Positions 47,987 through 58,216 of a DNA stretch of 64,000 nucleotides are shown piece by piece (within the stretch, counting starts at the first letter, position 1; the number at the start of each line of letters is the position of its first letter). Where the stretch lies: contig DATLXR010000007.1 in the NCBI GenBank assembly GCA_035575595.1, forward strand, positions 9,125 to 73,124, written 5' to 3'. Below the pieces are notes generated by a model that made no database searches, had not been told where the DNA came from, and worked only from the letters and a program-made list of their open reading frames with translations. The translations under genes were made by a program, and so were the position numbers. Source of the stretch: Sphingomicrobium sp. (GTDB taxonomy: Bacteria; Pseudomonadota; Alphaproteobacteria; Sphingomonadales; Sphingomonadaceae).

Positions 47987-48598
47987 ATGAGCAGCCGCAA
48001 CGACCTTCCAAACGCTCGGAAAAAACCGCCGTCGCCGCTCGATCAGACGCGGCTCGACGCGCTGGCTTTGGCCTATGTCGGACGCTTTGCGACGACACGC
48101 GCGAAGCTTGCCGCTTATTTATTACGCAAGCTGCGGGAGCGCGGTTGGGAGGGTGGAGAGGCGCCGGCCATCGATTCGCTGGCGGAGCGGCTGGCGCGGC
48201 TTGGCTATATCGACGACGCTTCCTATGCGCTCGCCAAGGGGCGCTCGCTTGGCCAACGCGGTTTCGGCCGGCGGCGAGTGTCGATGGCGTTGCGCGCGGC
48301 GGGGGTACGCGAGGAGGATGGCTGCGCAGCCAACGAAGCTGCTGCGGCGGGGGCGCTGACTGCGGCGTTGCGCTTTGCTGAGCGGCGACGGCTTGGTCCT
48401 TATTCGATTGGCCTAGTCGATCCGAAGGTGCGTCAGCGCGGACTGGCGGCGATGGTCCGGGCCGGGCATGATTTCGATTTGGCTAGAAAGATCATCGACT
48501 TGCCCCCGGGCGAGATGAACGAGCGAGGAGTCGAGGACTTCGGTTACGATCATGAAGTAAGTCGGTTCCACGACACTTGCGTTCATGTTAAGAACTAG
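47987..48598 (+). CDS. recX: RecX family regulatory protein
   Basis: [20 protein letters not shown]; GYIDD..YA; G.RR; AMVRAGH.F. Confidence 0.82.
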   Translation: MSSRNDLPNARKKPPSPLDQTRLDALALAYVGRFATTRAKLAAYLLRKLRERGWEGGEAPAIDSLAERLARLGYIDDASYALAKGRSLGQRGFGRRRVSMALRAAGVREEDGCAANEAAAAGALTAALRFAERRRLGPYSIGLVDPKVRQRGLAAMVRAGHDFDLARKIIDLPPGEMNERGVEDFGYDHEVSRFHDTCVHVKN

Positions 48599-48602
48599 AG
48601 CG

Positions 48603-49208
48603 ATGGCACAATCGCTTGCGTCCGAGCCCAGCGAGGCGATTTCGACTGCCGGATCGGCACCTGAAGCGACTCGGCCCGCGTCGGCTGCCGAGGAGCTGGC
48701 TTTTTGTGGTCACGTCAAATGGTTCGACGCGACACGGGGTTTTGGATTCATTGTCGACGAACAGATTGCGGGCGACATATTGGTCCATTTCAGCCTTCTC
48801 AAGCAGCATAAACGCCGCAGCCTTCCCGAAGGCGCGACCGTTGAAGGGACCGCCGTGCAAGTGGAGCGAGGTATCCAGGCGAGCAAAATTTCGACGATAG
48901 ATTTGTCGACGGCCTTGCCCGTTCCTGCCCGACCGGCCCATGATGAGGTCCATAGGCCCGATCGCTCCGCGTTGGTCGAGGGCGCGGGACCCTATGAGCC
49001 GGTGGAGGTGAAATGGTTCAATCGCAGCAAGGGCTATGGCTTCCTCGTTCGAGCGGGGGCGAGCGCCGGGGAGCCGGAGGATATTTTCGTTCATGCCGAA
49101 ACGGTGCGGATCGCAGGGTTCTCGGATCTAATGCCACTCCAGCGGCTGGAAGCGCGCATCGCCGCGGGGAAGAAGGGGCTTACCGCGGTCGCAGTTCGCG
49201 ACGATTGA
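48603..49208 (+). CDS. Cold-shock protein with two CSD domains
   Basis: [20 protein letters not shown] and [18 protein letters not shown]. Confidence 0.92.
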   Translation: MAQSLASEPSEAISTAGSAPEATRPASAAEELAFCGHVKWFDATRGFGFIVDEQIAGDILVHFSLLKQHKRRSLPEGATVEGTAVQVERGIQASKISTIDLSTALPVPARPAHDEVHRPDRSALVEGAGPYEPVEVKWFNRSKGYGFLVRAGASAGEPEDIFVHAETVRIAGFSDLMPLQRLEARIAAGKKGLTAVAVRDD

Positions 49209-49690
49209 GTGCGCGAATTCTCTCGGCGTTGCTGTTTGCAGGTCTTGCCGCGTGTCAGCCGACCAATGGCGGCGCGGGTGGCAATGGCGCTGCGCTCGAG
49301 CGTTCCCCCGCTGGGCTGGCGCAGGTGCCGCTGACGATCACCACCGCTAATGGCAAGACCCACCCTTTTACTGTCGAAGTTGCGCGTAGCCCCCAGGAAC
49401 AGGAGCAGGGGCTGATGAACCGCGAGTCGCTCGCTCCTGATCGCGGGATGATCTTCCCCTACGAACCGCCGGTTGCGGCAAGTTTCTGGATGAAGAATAC
49501 GCTGATCCCGCTCGACATGATCTTCATCCGAGCGGATGGAATCATCGCGCGGATCGAGGCGAATACGGTGCCGCTTTCGCTTGAGCCGGTCGCGGCGGGG
49601 GAGCCGGTCGCCGCGGTTCTCGAACTCGCGGGGGGGCGTTCGGCCGAGCTTGGGATCGCGCCGGGCGCACGCGTGGTCTGGAAACCGTAG
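49205..49690 (+). CDS. DUF192 domain lipoprotein
   Basis: LAAC lipobox; VEVA...[29 protein letters not shown]. Confidence 0.88.
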   Translation: MSARILSALLFAGLAACQPTNGGAGGNGAALERSPAGLAQVPLTITTANGKTHPFTVEVARSPQEQEQGLMNRESLAPDRGMIFPYEPPVAASFWMKNTLIPLDMIFIRADGIIARIEANTVPLSLEPVAAGEPVAAVLELAGGRSAELGIAPGARVVWKP

Positions 49691-49736
49691 CCCCCGGCTT
49701 GCCTAGAGCGCTCGGGCGGGGCAAAGGCGCTTCGCT

Positions 49737-50120
49737 ATGGGTCTATTTGCAAATGCCTTTACCTGGTGGAACGGAGCCTCATGGGGCACGTCGATCTTTT
49801 CCCATCGGCACGGTGAGCAGGTTGGGCGCGACGAAGCGGGCAATGTCTATTTCAAACATCGCAAGGACCCGTCGCGCCGCTGGGTGATCTACGATGGCAA
49901 TAATGACAGCAGCCGTGTCCCTCCGGGCTGGAACGCCTGGCTGCGCGGGACGATTGCCGATCTGCCCGATGCGGCGCTGCCCGAGCGGCGCGCGTTCGAG
50001 CAGCCGCCGCAGGCCAATATTACCGGAACTCCGGGGGCGTTTCGCCCCTCTGGCTCGCTAAGCGCGAGCGGGGTCCGGCCTGCGGCGACCGGGGATTATC
50101 AGGCGTGGAAACCCGATTAG
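49737..50120 (+). CDS. NADH:ubiquinone oxidoreductase subunit NDUFA12-like
   Basis: G..VG.D..GN.YF, RRWVIY, SRVPPGW.AWL, DYQAW.P. Confidence 0.9.
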   Translation: MGLFANAFTWWNGASWGTSIFSHRHGEQVGRDEAGNVYFKHRKDPSRRWVIYDGNNDSSRVPPGWNAWLRGTIADLPDAALPERRAFEQPPQANITGTPGAFRPSGSLSASGVRPAATGDYQAWKPD

Positions 50121-50122
50121 GC

Positions 50123-50752
50123 ATGCGATCGGTCCCGGTCGCAGTCGCGGTGCTTTTTCTTGCTGGCGGTTGTAACCAGCAGGGCGAGACTCGGCGCGCA
50201 ACAAATGAAAACCAGGCGGTTACGGTCGCTGTTCCCGGCCCGGTCGCGACGGTCGCCGGAGTAACCCCAATGGCCGAACGGGTCGCAGTGCTCGGGCTGC
50301 TTAACAAGCGCAACGGTATCGTTCGCGACTTGACCCTACGCCCGGGTCAGGCCGTGCGGGCTCGTGGCGCTGTGGTCCGCCTGCGCGCATGCGAAGCAAG
50401 CGCCCCGTGGGAGAATGAGCGGCTGACAGGCGCGTTCGTACAACTCGACGTCGAACAGCGGGGAGGCGGCTTTCGGCGGATGTTCTCGGGCTGGCTCTAC
50501 AAGGAAAGTCCATCGTTAAATGTGGTCGAACATCCCGTTTATGATGTCTGGCCCAAGAGTTGCGCGATGAGCTGGCCCGAAGGCGCCGCAGCGCCGGCCA
50601 GCCCCTCGGCTTCGAGCAGCCGGTCGAGCGCTCCGAATTCGGCAAGGGCGCCGTCGCCGCGGCGGCGCCCGCGGCCGGTTACCGAAACTCCGGCTGCCGA
50701 ACCGGTGGCCGCTCCGCCTCCCCCGAGTGCCGAGGACAGCAATTCGACGTAG
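50123..50752 (+). CDS. DUF2155 domain protein
   Basis: LGLLNKRNG, LRACE..APWE, FSGWLYKESPSLN.VEHPVYDVW..SC. Confidence 0.85.
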   Translation: MRSVPVAVAVLFLAGGCNQQGETRRATNENQAVTVAVPGPVATVAGVTPMAERVAVLGLLNKRNGIVRDLTLRPGQAVRARGAVVRLRACEASAPWENERLTGAFVQLDVEQRGGGFRRMFSGWLYKESPSLNVVEHPVYDVWPKSCAMSWPEGAAAPASPSASSSRSSAPNSARAPSPRRRPRPVTETPAAEPVAAPPPPSAEDSNST

Positions 50753-51300
50753 GAATCGCGGCTGACCTGTCGCGCGCCGAGCGACGCAAGATGGCCGGTC
50801 ATGAACTGGCAGTCGAGCAAGGTAAAACCGCCGAGTCGAAGCCTGACGATCAGCCACGCCAATGCGACTTTGGATGCATTGTTCATTCGGCTGAACATCG
50901 ACTCGCCAAAGAAGGCGCGGCCTAGTTTCACACCGTAAAGACCGCCGACGAGTTCACGACCCTTTTCCTGGTCGATGTGCCAGCATTCGATAGAGTGGGC
51001 ATGACCGGCGGAATGAAGGCCGAGGGTGGCGCGCTCGATGTCATTATTGATCCAGGTCTCGTCGCGATCAGCGCAGGCACGCAGCACCGATTCGAAGGCT
51101 GTGTCGCGCGTCACGCTGAAACGGCCTGAGCGAATTGTCCGGGCGAGCGTGCGCGAGCAATGGAAGGCGTCGAGCGGCATGATCGCTCGGCGCCGCGGTT
51201 CGACCCAGAAGATGTCCCCGGCGTCGCGGCTCTCGGCCATCGGGAATATTCCCGAGGCATAGCCGCGAAGGAGCAGCCGCGGGTCGAGCGGCTTGCTCAC
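50539..51300 (-). CDS. aat: Leucyl/phenylalanyl-tRNA--protein transferase
   Basis: GY..GIFPM, TWIN, AHSIECW, GGLYGV, FFGESMFS, ASKVAL, LLDCQ. Confidence 0.95.
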   Translation of the reverse strand: MSKPLDPRLLLRGYASGIFPMAESRDAGDIFWVEPRRRAIMPLDAFHCSRTLARTIRSGRFSVTRDTAFESVLRACADRDETWINNDIERATLGLHSAGHAHSIECWHIDQEKGRELVGGLYGVKLGRAFFGESMFSRMNNASKVALAWLIVRLRLGGFTLLDCQFMTGHLASLGARQVSRDSYVELLSSALGGGGAATGSAAGVSVTGRGRRRGDGALAEFGALDRLLEAEGLAGAAAPSGQLIAQLLGQTS

Positions 51301-51644
51301 AATATCTCGCGCACGACGTCCTGCGGTCGGCACAGCCGCACACCCTTGGCGGTTTCAACCAACGGTCGATCGATCAAGATCGGGTGCGCGATCATTGCGT
51401 CGAGTATCTCATCTTCGCTGGCGCCTGGGCGCGTCAGGCCAAGTTCATCGGCGATCTGCTCTTTAGAGCGCAGGCCCTGGCGCGCAGTCATGTTGGCGCG
51501 AGCATAAAGTCGCTCCAGTTCGGCACGAGTCGGGGGAGCGTCGAGATATTCGACGATAGTGACATCGAAACCTTCGTCTCGGAGGATTTCAAGCGTCTTG
51601 CGGGAAGTCCCGCAGCGTGGATTGTGGAAAATGGTCGCTTTCAT
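51297..51644 (-). CDS. arsC: ArsC family (glutaredoxin-type) reductase
   Basis: IFHNPRCGTSRKTL, HPILIDRP, RLCRP. Confidence 0.88.
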   Translation of the reverse strand: MKATIFHNPRCGTSRKTLEILRDEGFDVTIVEYLDAPPTRAELERLYARANMTARQGLRSKEQIADELGLTRPGASEDEILDAMIAHPILIDRPLVETAKGVRLCRPQDVVREIL

Positions 51645-51733
51645 GGCGGTCAATCTAACTGCCCGGGCGGCGACTTAAAAGACGCTGCATTGAAGCGGTT
51701 GCCGATATTACGGCGCCGAATCGAAACGGGTCA

Positions 51734-51758
51734 GGAACGCTTATGCATGCGCGACGTT
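51734..51758 (+). promoter_or_regulatory. EcfG/sigmaT-type promoter GGAAC-N16-CGTT
   Basis: GGAAC-GCTTATGCATGCGCGAC-GTT, 82 nt upstream of ATG 51841. Confidence 0.7.
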
Positions 51759-51840
51759 AGTTGCCCAGTGGCTTTGTCTGTTTGACGCGGAAATCCGGCT
51801 TTGGGCAAGGTCCACTAAAGCAACAGGTTGGAGGAAGAAT

Positions 51841-52407
51841 ATGAAGAAATTTGTGATGGCGGCCTTGCTCGCCTCTTCAGTGTCGCTCGGCGCTTGTGCC
51901 ACCACCGATCCGCGGATGGCCGGCAACGCCGCCGAAGGCGCCGCTTATGGCGCAGCCGGTGGAGCCGCGATTGCCGCGGTCGTTCCTGGTGTCGGGATCA
52001 TCGAGGGTGCCGCGATTGGCGCCGGCATCGGCGGACTAGCCGGCGCAGTTTGGGCCGACAATAATAATGACGGCTATGCCGATGGGTATGTCCGCAACGG
52101 GCAATACACCCAGGGTACTCCCCAAGGCTATGATCCGACGTTGCGTGGCGTTGCCACGGGTGCGCTCGGTGGAGCTGCGCTCGGTGCTGCTGCTGCTGCC
52201 GTGATCCCCGGACTCGGAATCCTTGAAGGTGCCGCAATTGGCGCCGCCGTCGGCGGTGTCGCCGGCGCGATCTGGGCTGATAACGACCGCGACGGCCGCA
52301 CCGACGGCTATGTCTACAACGGTCAATATTATCCCGGCGCTCCGCAAGGTATGCCGGCCCCAACGCCGGTGTACAGCTCGCCCGCCCGCAGCGGCGAGCG
52401 CGGTTAA
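51841..52407 (+). CDS. Glycine-zipper lipoprotein with two internal repeats
   Basis: LGAC lipobox; duplicated GAA.G...EGAAIGA..GG.AGA.WADN..DG..DGYV.NGQY unit; GGAGG SD. Confidence 0.82.
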   Translation: MKKFVMAALLASSVSLGACATTDPRMAGNAAEGAAYGAAGGAAIAAVVPGVGIIEGAAIGAGIGGLAGAVWADNNNDGYADGYVRNGQYTQGTPQGYDPTLRGVATGALGGAALGAAAAAVIPGLGILEGAAIGAAVGGVAGAIWADNDRDGRTDGYVYNGQYYPGAPQGMPAPTPVYSSPARSGERG

Positions 52408-53786
52408 TGGTGCTGGAGATCGTTAAACGACGGTCTCCGCGTCCCGCCGGCCGCTTCGTGCGGCCGGCGGGCTTCGCCGCGTCTGCCCTTCTGGCAAGTG
52501 CGCTGGCACTGTCGCCGGTTCAGGCGGCGGTTACTGATGACCCATCGCGCGCGCCGGCCGTTACGACTACGATCGGCGCCACTGCGATTGCACAATTTTA
52601 TGAGGCCCGCGGCGGATCGGCAGTCTGGTTCGCTGGTGGGCATCCGGGCGCCGCACACCGGCTGATGACTCTACTCGCGACAAGCGATCTCGACGGACTC
52701 GATCCGCGCCAGTTCGACCTGCGCGCGCTGCAAAAGGCAGTCCGGCGCGCCGAGGGTGGCAATTCGGTAGACATAGAACGTGCCGACCGGATGCTCAGTT
52801 TGGCCTTCGTACGCCATGCTACCGCTTTGCGCCGGGTTGGCACTGGTGAGTGGCGGATCGTCGATCGCGAAGCTGTGCCCGCCGCGCTGCATGCCTCCGA
52901 TTTGCTGCGCCAGGCGGCCGCGTCAGGAACAGTCGAGACTTTCATTGAGAATATGGGCTGGATGCATGAGAGCTACAGCGGTTTGCGCCAGCAGCTTTAC
53001 GATGCCAGACAGCGCGGCGACCGTGTTGGTGCTGCGCGCATCCGGATCAACATGGAGCGCGCGAGCTTACTTCCAGCGAGCGGCCGCTACGTGCTGGTCA
53101 ACACTGCGGCTCAGCGCCTTTACATGTATGAGAACGGCAAGGTGGTCGACTGGATGCGGGTCGTTGTCGGCAAGCCCGCGCAGCCGACCCCGATGATGGC
53201 GGCGCTGATCCGCTACACGTCGGTAAATCCTTATTGGAACCTGCCCAGCGACCTGGTCGCCGAGCGCATTGCACCCAACGTCGTCAAGTCGGGTCTCGGC
53301 TATCTCAAGGCCAAGGGCTATGTCGTGCTGTCAGACTGGGGCGATAATCCAAAGCGGATCGACCCGGCTACGCTCGACTGGAAGGCCATTGCAGCGGGCA
53401 AGGTCGAGGTGCGGATGCGCCAGAATCCGGGCCCGGCGAATGCGATGGGTCGGATGAAGTTCATGTTCCCCAATAAGGAGGGCATCTACCTCCACGATAC
53501 GCCCAACAAGGAATTGCTTAACGAGGACGCGCGCCTGTTAAGTGCCGGTTGCGTTCGCCTGGAGGACGCTCCGCGCTTGGCAAAATGGCTTTATGGCGAA
53601 CCATTGAATGTGCCCAAGGGCGGCAAGCCCGAACAGAGAGTCGATCTTGATCAGCCGATACCGGTCTATCTGGCTTATCTGACCGCTGTGCCGAGCGGGA
53701 ATACGACCGTATTCTATGAGGACATTTACGGCCGGGATGCGCAGCGTCTTGCAGCCATTGGACAGCGCCAGGTGGCCTTGCGCTAA
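52407..53786 (+). CDS. L,D-transpeptidase (YcbB/LdtD-like)
   Basis: RVVVGKP, NPYWN.P, RQ.PGPANAMG.MKFMFPN, YLHDTP...SAGCVRL. Confidence 0.92.
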   Translation: MVLEIVKRRSPRPAGRFVRPAGFAASALLASALALSPVQAAVTDDPSRAPAVTTTIGATAIAQFYEARGGSAVWFAGGHPGAAHRLMTLLATSDLDGLDPRQFDLRALQKAVRRAEGGNSVDIERADRMLSLAFVRHATALRRVGTGEWRIVDREAVPAALHASDLLRQAAASGTVETFIENMGWMHESYSGLRQQLYDARQRGDRVGAARIRINMERASLLPASGRYVLVNTAAQRLYMYENGKVVDWMRVVVGKPAQPTPMMAALIRYTSVNPYWNLPSDLVAERIAPNVVKSGLGYLKAKGYVVLSDWGDNPKRIDPATLDWKAIAAGKVEVRMRQNPGPANAMGRMKFMFPNKEGIYLHDTPNKELLNEDARLLSAGCVRLEDAPRLAKWLYGEPLNVPKGGKPEQRVDLDQPIPVYLAYLTAVPSGNTTVFYEDIYGRDAQRLAAIGQRQVALR

Positions 53787-53801
53787 ATGTTTTGCGCAGC
53801 G

Positions 53802-54509
53802 CTAATAGCGCTGGCGAACTCCCCAGGTGTAATCGGATCCGATTTCAGTCGCGACTGGGCGGCCATTGCCGTCGGTTGCAGGGCGAAAGCGCAAACGCTG
53901 AGTGAGCAGGCTGCAGGTGGCGTGGTCAAGCATTCCGCTGCCGCTTGAGCGCGCAATGCGGCAGTTGGCGATCGATCCAGACGGGGTGACCGTAAATTTC
54001 ACGCTGACCATGCCCGCGACCCGGTCGCGGATCAGTTCGCGCGGATAGTCGCTATCGCGAAGCCCGCCTCTGATCCATTGCGCGGGGCTTCCGCCACCAC
54101 CAGTGCCGCCGCCGCCCCGTCCATTTCCGGTGCCGCCCGCGCCGGGGCCTGTGCCAGCGCTGGCGGCTCCGGCAGCGGGCGCAACGCCGGTTCCGGCGAC
54201 CGGTGCAGCGGCGAGCGGAGTTGGCGCGGGCAACTGGATCCGCGGTTTGGGAGCGACAATTGGGCTCGGCTCGGCCTTCTTGCCCGCGGCGCCTTCTTCC
54301 TCACGCACTCGACCCGGATCGGGGATCGGCGGGGGCGGGGGCAGGGGTTCGGCTATGTCGATAAGCGTGGTGCGCACCCTCTCCGAGATGGTGGACGGCA
54401 CGCCATTGCCGCTGAGGATGAGTGCGACCAAAGCGGCGTGGATACCGATCACTGCGGTGATCGCCTTGGCGCGGTCTAGACGCGTTGGAGAGGCGCGATA
54501 TCTGGACAT
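53802..54509 (-). CDS. Energy transducer TonB family protein
   Basis: N-terminal TM with His, Pro-rich linker, DYP...G.V..KFTV..SG...C....SSG...LD..C, RFRPA. Confidence 0.85.
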   Translation of the reverse strand: MSRYRASPTRLDRAKAITAVIGIHAALVALILSGNGVPSTISERVRTTLIDIAEPLPPPPPIPDPGRVREEEGAAGKKAEPSPIVAPKPRIQLPAPTPLAAAPVAGTGVAPAAGAASAGTGPGAGGTGNGRGGGGTGGGGSPAQWIRGGLRDSDYPRELIRDRVAGMVSVKFTVTPSGSIANCRIARSSGSGMLDHATCSLLTQRLRFRPATDGNGRPVATEIGSDYTWGVRQRY

Positions 54510-54551
54510 AGCTTGCCCAATTTCAACGCTCACATTGCCCGAAGGATGCGC

Positions 54552-55904
54552 TCAGTCGGCGGGATTGGTTTCTAGCCAGCGCTCAAGCCATTTGATCGTG
54601 TAATCGCCAGAGAGGAAGGCATCGTCGCGGATGATTCGCTGATGCAGCGGGATAGTGGTCTTCATCCCTTCGACGACATATTCCTCAAGTGCCCGCTTGA
54701 GCCGCATGATGCAGCGCTCCCGGGTCGAGCCGTAGACGATCAGCTTGCCGATCATGCTGTCATAATAGGGCGGGACCTTATAGCCGGCATAGAGCCCGCT
54801 ATCGACACGCACGTGCATCCCGCCGGGCGCGACGTAATTCTTCACCAGGCCAGGCGACGGGGCGAAGGTCTGTGGATCCTCGGCATTGATCCGACACTCG
54901 ATCGCATGGCCGTGAAGCACGACCTGATCCTGCGTGCAGGACAGCCCGTCGCCTTGGGCGATGCGGATTTGCTCGCGAACCAGATCCATTCCGGAGATCA
55001 TTTCGGTCACCGGATGCTCGACCTGAAGTCGCGTATTCATTTCGATGAAGTAGAATTCGCCGTCTTCGTAGAGAAATTCGATCGTCCCCGCGCCGCGATA
55101 ACCCATGTCGGCCATCGCCCTGGCGACGGTTTCGCCCATATTCGCACGCTGATCGGCGGAGATTACCGGCGAGGGCGCTTCCTCGATTACTTTCTGGTGG
55201 CGGCGCTGGATCGAGCAATCGCGCTCGCCGAGATGGATCGCCTGGCCTTCGCCGTCTCCGAACACCTGGAATTCGATGTGGCGCGGGTCGCCGAGATATT
55301 TTTCCATATAGACGGTGGGATCGCCGAACGCCGAATTGGCTTCCGAGGCTGCCTGACCCATCAGGCTTTCAAGCTGGTCCTCGCGCTCGACCACCTTCAT
55401 GCCGCGCCCGCCGCCGCCCGACGCGGCCTTGATCAGCACCGGATAGCCGATTTCGTCGGCGACGCTGCGAGCCTCCTCGAAGCTGTCGAGCGGCCCGGGC
55501 GAACCGGGGACGAGTGGAAGTCCGAGCCGGGCGGCGGTGCGCTTGGCCTCGACCTTATCGCCCATGATCCGGATATGTTCGGGCTTCGGACCGACCCAGA
55601 TCAGGCCGTGGCTTTCGACGATCTCCGCGAACTGCGCATTTTCGCTGAGGAAGCCGTATCCGGGGTGGACCGCGTCGGCATGGACGATCTCGGCGGCCGA
55701 GATGATGTTCGCCATGTTGAGATAGCTGTCCTTGGCCGCGGGTGGGCCGATGCACACCGCTTCGTCGGCGAGCCGGACATGCATCGCGTCACTGTCGGCG
55801 GTGGAGTGGACCGCGACGGTCTTGATCCCCATTTCGTGGCAGGCGCGATGGATGCGCAAGGCAATCTCGCCACGGTTGGCGATCAGCAGCTTCTGGATCG
55901 CCAC
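54552..55904 (-). CDS. accC: Acetyl-CoA carboxylase biotin carboxylase subunit
   Basis: [42 protein letters not shown]. Confidence 0.98.
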   Translation of the reverse strand: MAIQKLLIANRGEIALRIHRACHEMGIKTVAVHSTADSDAMHVRLADEAVCIGPPAAKDSYLNMANIISAAEIVHADAVHPGYGFLSENAQFAEIVESHGLIWVGPKPEHIRIMGDKVEAKRTAARLGLPLVPGSPGPLDSFEEARSVADEIGYPVLIKAASGGGGRGMKVVEREDQLESLMGQAASEANSAFGDPTVYMEKYLGDPRHIEFQVFGDGEGQAIHLGERDCSIQRRHQKVIEEAPSPVISADQRANMGETVARAMADMGYRGAGTIEFLYEDGEFYFIEMNTRLQVEHPVTEMISGMDLVREQIRIAQGDGLSCTQDQVVLHGHAIECRINAEDPQTFAPSPGLVKNYVAPGGMHVRVDSGLYAGYKVPPYYDSMIGKLIVYGSTRERCIMRLKRALEEYVVEGMKTTIPLHQRIIRDDAFLSGDYTIKWLERWLETNPAD

Positions 55905-55907
55905 GGT

Positions 55908-56381
55908 CTAGTCGATCACGACGAGGGGTTGGTCATATTCCACCGCCTGCGAGTCGGCGACTAGGATCTGACGGACGGTTCCGCTTTTCGTCGAGAGGAT
56001 CGGGTTCATCACCTTCATCGCCTCGACGATCAACAAGGTGTCGCCTTCGCTGACCTTCTGGCCGATGGCGATGAACGGTTTTGCTCCGGGCTCGGGCGAG
56101 AGGAAGCAGGTGCCGACCATCGGCGATTTGACCGCATCGACCGCGGCAGGGGCGGGAGGCTCGGCGGCAGTGGCGACGGGTGCAGCAGGCGCTTGGGTTG
56201 GGGCGGGGGCATAGGTCAGAGCCGGCGCCGCCTCCCGGCGGACCTTGATTTTGCGTTCGCCGTCCTGGACCTCAATTTCGGTCAGGTCATTGATGGACAA
56301 CAATTCGGCGAGCTCACGCAGAAGCGCGCTGTCCACGCGCATCGCGCCTTCAGTGCCGCCGTTGCTGGTCGGAGGGGCCAT
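55908..56381 (-). CDS. accB: Acetyl-CoA carboxylase biotin carboxyl carrier protein
   Basis: SPMVG, EAMKVMN biotinylation motif. Confidence 0.97.
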   Translation of the reverse strand: MAPPTSNGGTEGAMRVDSALLRELAELLSINDLTEIEVQDGERKIKVRREAAPALTYAPAPTQAPAAPVATAAEPPAPAAVDAVKSPMVGTCFLSPEPGAKPFIAIGQKVSEGDTLLIVEAMKVMNPILSTKSGTVRQILVADSQAVEYDQPLVVID

Positions 56382-56868
56382 CGTCGGATCCTTGTTGTTG
56401 TTTGCGCCCGATCGGCTTTGCGGGCGTTCCTACGCACAGGCGGGCAGCCGCGTCCAGTGCGAGCAAATAGCCCTGAGCTCCAAAGCCGTGAATTCCGCCG
56501 CGCGAAACGGGGGCGATGAGGCTGCGGCGGCGAAATGCTTCGCGCGAATATGGGTTGGAGAGATGAACTTCGATCACCGGAGGCGTGATCGCCGAGACGG
56601 CGTCACGCAGCGCAATCGAACTGTGGCTAAGCCCGCCGGCGTTAAGCAATACCGCACCCGCTTTGAGTTCATGCGCCTCGTGGAGCCAGTCGATCAACTC
56701 GCCCTCATGGTTTGACTGGCGGGCGTCGATCAAGACCCGCAGATGTTCCGCGCGCTCATGGATCGTGACGATGATCTCGTCGAGTGTGTCACGGCCATAG
56801 ACTTCCGGCTCGCGCGTGCCGAGCAAGTTGAGGTTGGGGCCATTGAGGACGAAGATCAGCGGGGTCAT
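56350..56868 (-). CDS. aroQ: Type II 3-dehydroquinate dehydratase
   Basis: [31 protein letters not shown]. Confidence 0.96.
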   Translation of the reverse strand: MTPLIFVLNGPNLNLLGTREPEVYGRDTLDEIIVTIHERAEHLRVLIDARQSNHEGELIDWLHEAHELKAGAVLLNAGGLSHSSIALRDAVSAITPPVIEVHLSNPYSREAFRRRSLIAPVSRGGIHGFGAQGYLLALDAAARLCVGTPAKPIGRKQQQGSDDGPSDQQRRH

Positions 56869-56983
56869 TTGCTTTGCACGCATCCAAAACCTATCTGCAC
56901 CTTCCTAGCCGTTCGTGCTCGGACAAGTCGAGGTACGTCGGCGACAGCGTCCTGGACTTCGCTCGGGACAGACGGAGGTTCGG

Positions 56984-57202
56984 GTGAATTTGGACGGCAG
57001 TGCAGGTGTGACGATCAATGGCGAGCATCGGCGCGTCGCAAGCAATACCAGCCTCGCCGAGCTGATCGCCGAGATCGGGCTTGACCCTTTGCGGGTTGCG
57101 GTCGAGCGCAACCTCGAAATTGTCCCGCGATCGACCTTCGACACGCTAATCGTCGAGGACGGTGACGATTACGAGATCGTCTATTTCGTTGGGGGTGGTT
57201 GA
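56984..57202 (+). CDS. thiS: Sulfur carrier protein ThiS
   Basis: INGE, VAVERN.EIVPR, C-terminal FVGGG; GTG start after GGAGG SD. Confidence 0.94.
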   Translation: MNLDGSAGVTINGEHRRVASNTSLAELIAEIGLDPLRVAVERNLEIVPRSTFDTLIVEDGDDYEIVYFVGGG

Positions 57203-57978
57203 ACGTGACGACGAACAGTTGGAGTGTTGCGGGGCGAGAGTTCAAATCACGGCTGATCGTCGGCACGGGCAAATATAAGAGTTTCGAGGAAAATGCCGCT
57301 GCGGTTGCTGCTTCGGGAGCCGAGATTGTCACCGTGGCGGTTCGGCGGGTCAATATCAGCGATCCGAATCAGCCGATGCTGATGGATTATATCGACCCGA
57401 AAAAAGTGACCTATCTGCCCAATACCGCGGGCTGTTTTTCTGCCGAGGAGGCGATCCGCACGCTTCGGCTGGCGCGTGAGGCGGGCGGATGGGATCTCGT
57501 AAAGCTCGAGGTGCTGGGTGAGGCCCGGACGCTTTATCCGAATATGCGCGAGACGTTGCGCGCGACCGAAGTGCTTGCCGGCGAAGGCTTCTTGCCGATG
57601 GTCTATTGCGTCGACGATCCGATCGCCGCGAAGCAGCTTGAAGAAGCGGGTGCGGTCGCGATTATGCCGCTTGGCGCGCCGATCGGATCGGGTCTGGGAT
57701 TGCAGAATCGCGTCACGATTCGGTTGATCGTCGAAGGCGCCAGCGTGCCGGTGTTGGTCGATGCCGGGGTCGGCACCGCAAGCGATGCTGCGGTGGCGAT
57801 GGAATTGGGCTGCGACGGGGTGCTGATGAACACCGCCATCGCCGAGGCCAAGGAGCCGGTGACGATGGCGGCGGCAATGAAGCTGGCGGTCGAAGCGGGG
57901 CGGCTGGCCTATCTGGCGGGACGGATGGCCAAGCGGCGCTATGCTGATCCGAGCAGTCCACTGGCTGGATTAATCTAG
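57199..57978 (+). CDS. thiG: Thiazole synthase
   Basis: [36 protein letters not shown]. Confidence 0.97.
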   Translation: MNVTTNSWSVAGREFKSRLIVGTGKYKSFEENAAAVAASGAEIVTVAVRRVNISDPNQPMLMDYIDPKKVTYLPNTAGCFSAEEAIRTLRLAREAGGWDLVKLEVLGEARTLYPNMRETLRATEVLAGEGFLPMVYCVDDPIAAKQLEEAGAVAIMPLGAPIGSGLGLQNRVTIRLIVEGASVPVLVDAGVGTASDAAVAMELGCDGVLMNTAIAEAKEPVTMAAAMKLAVEAGRLAYLAGRMAKRRYADPSSPLAGLI

Positions 57979-58216
57979 GCCCGATTCGATCCGCTTCGGA
58001 CACGATCGCGCGCATCGGGAGCGCGATTTGATCGTAATACCATGGTCATGGATCGGAGACTCGAATCTTCCGATGATATTGGAGCCCGCGGTGGCAAGTT
58101 CACCGATTTGTCGGGTCCTCAGCTAAGATTGTTCAACGAAAGCGGGGGCAACCCACATTGGCGTGAGACCTTCGGACTGGAACGGGCCCGGCCGCTGCGC
58201 CGAGGCGGCATTTGCT

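Noticed and set aside
54642-55964. 440-aa ORF antisense to accC, and similar shadows opposite typA, mrcA, prfB and rne
   Set aside because: Antisense frames of strongly conserved genes
56884-56983. TPP riboswitch upstream of thiS-thiG
   Set aside because: No GCTGAGA or other TPP aptamer core motifs; the region is short and shared with the divergent aroQ
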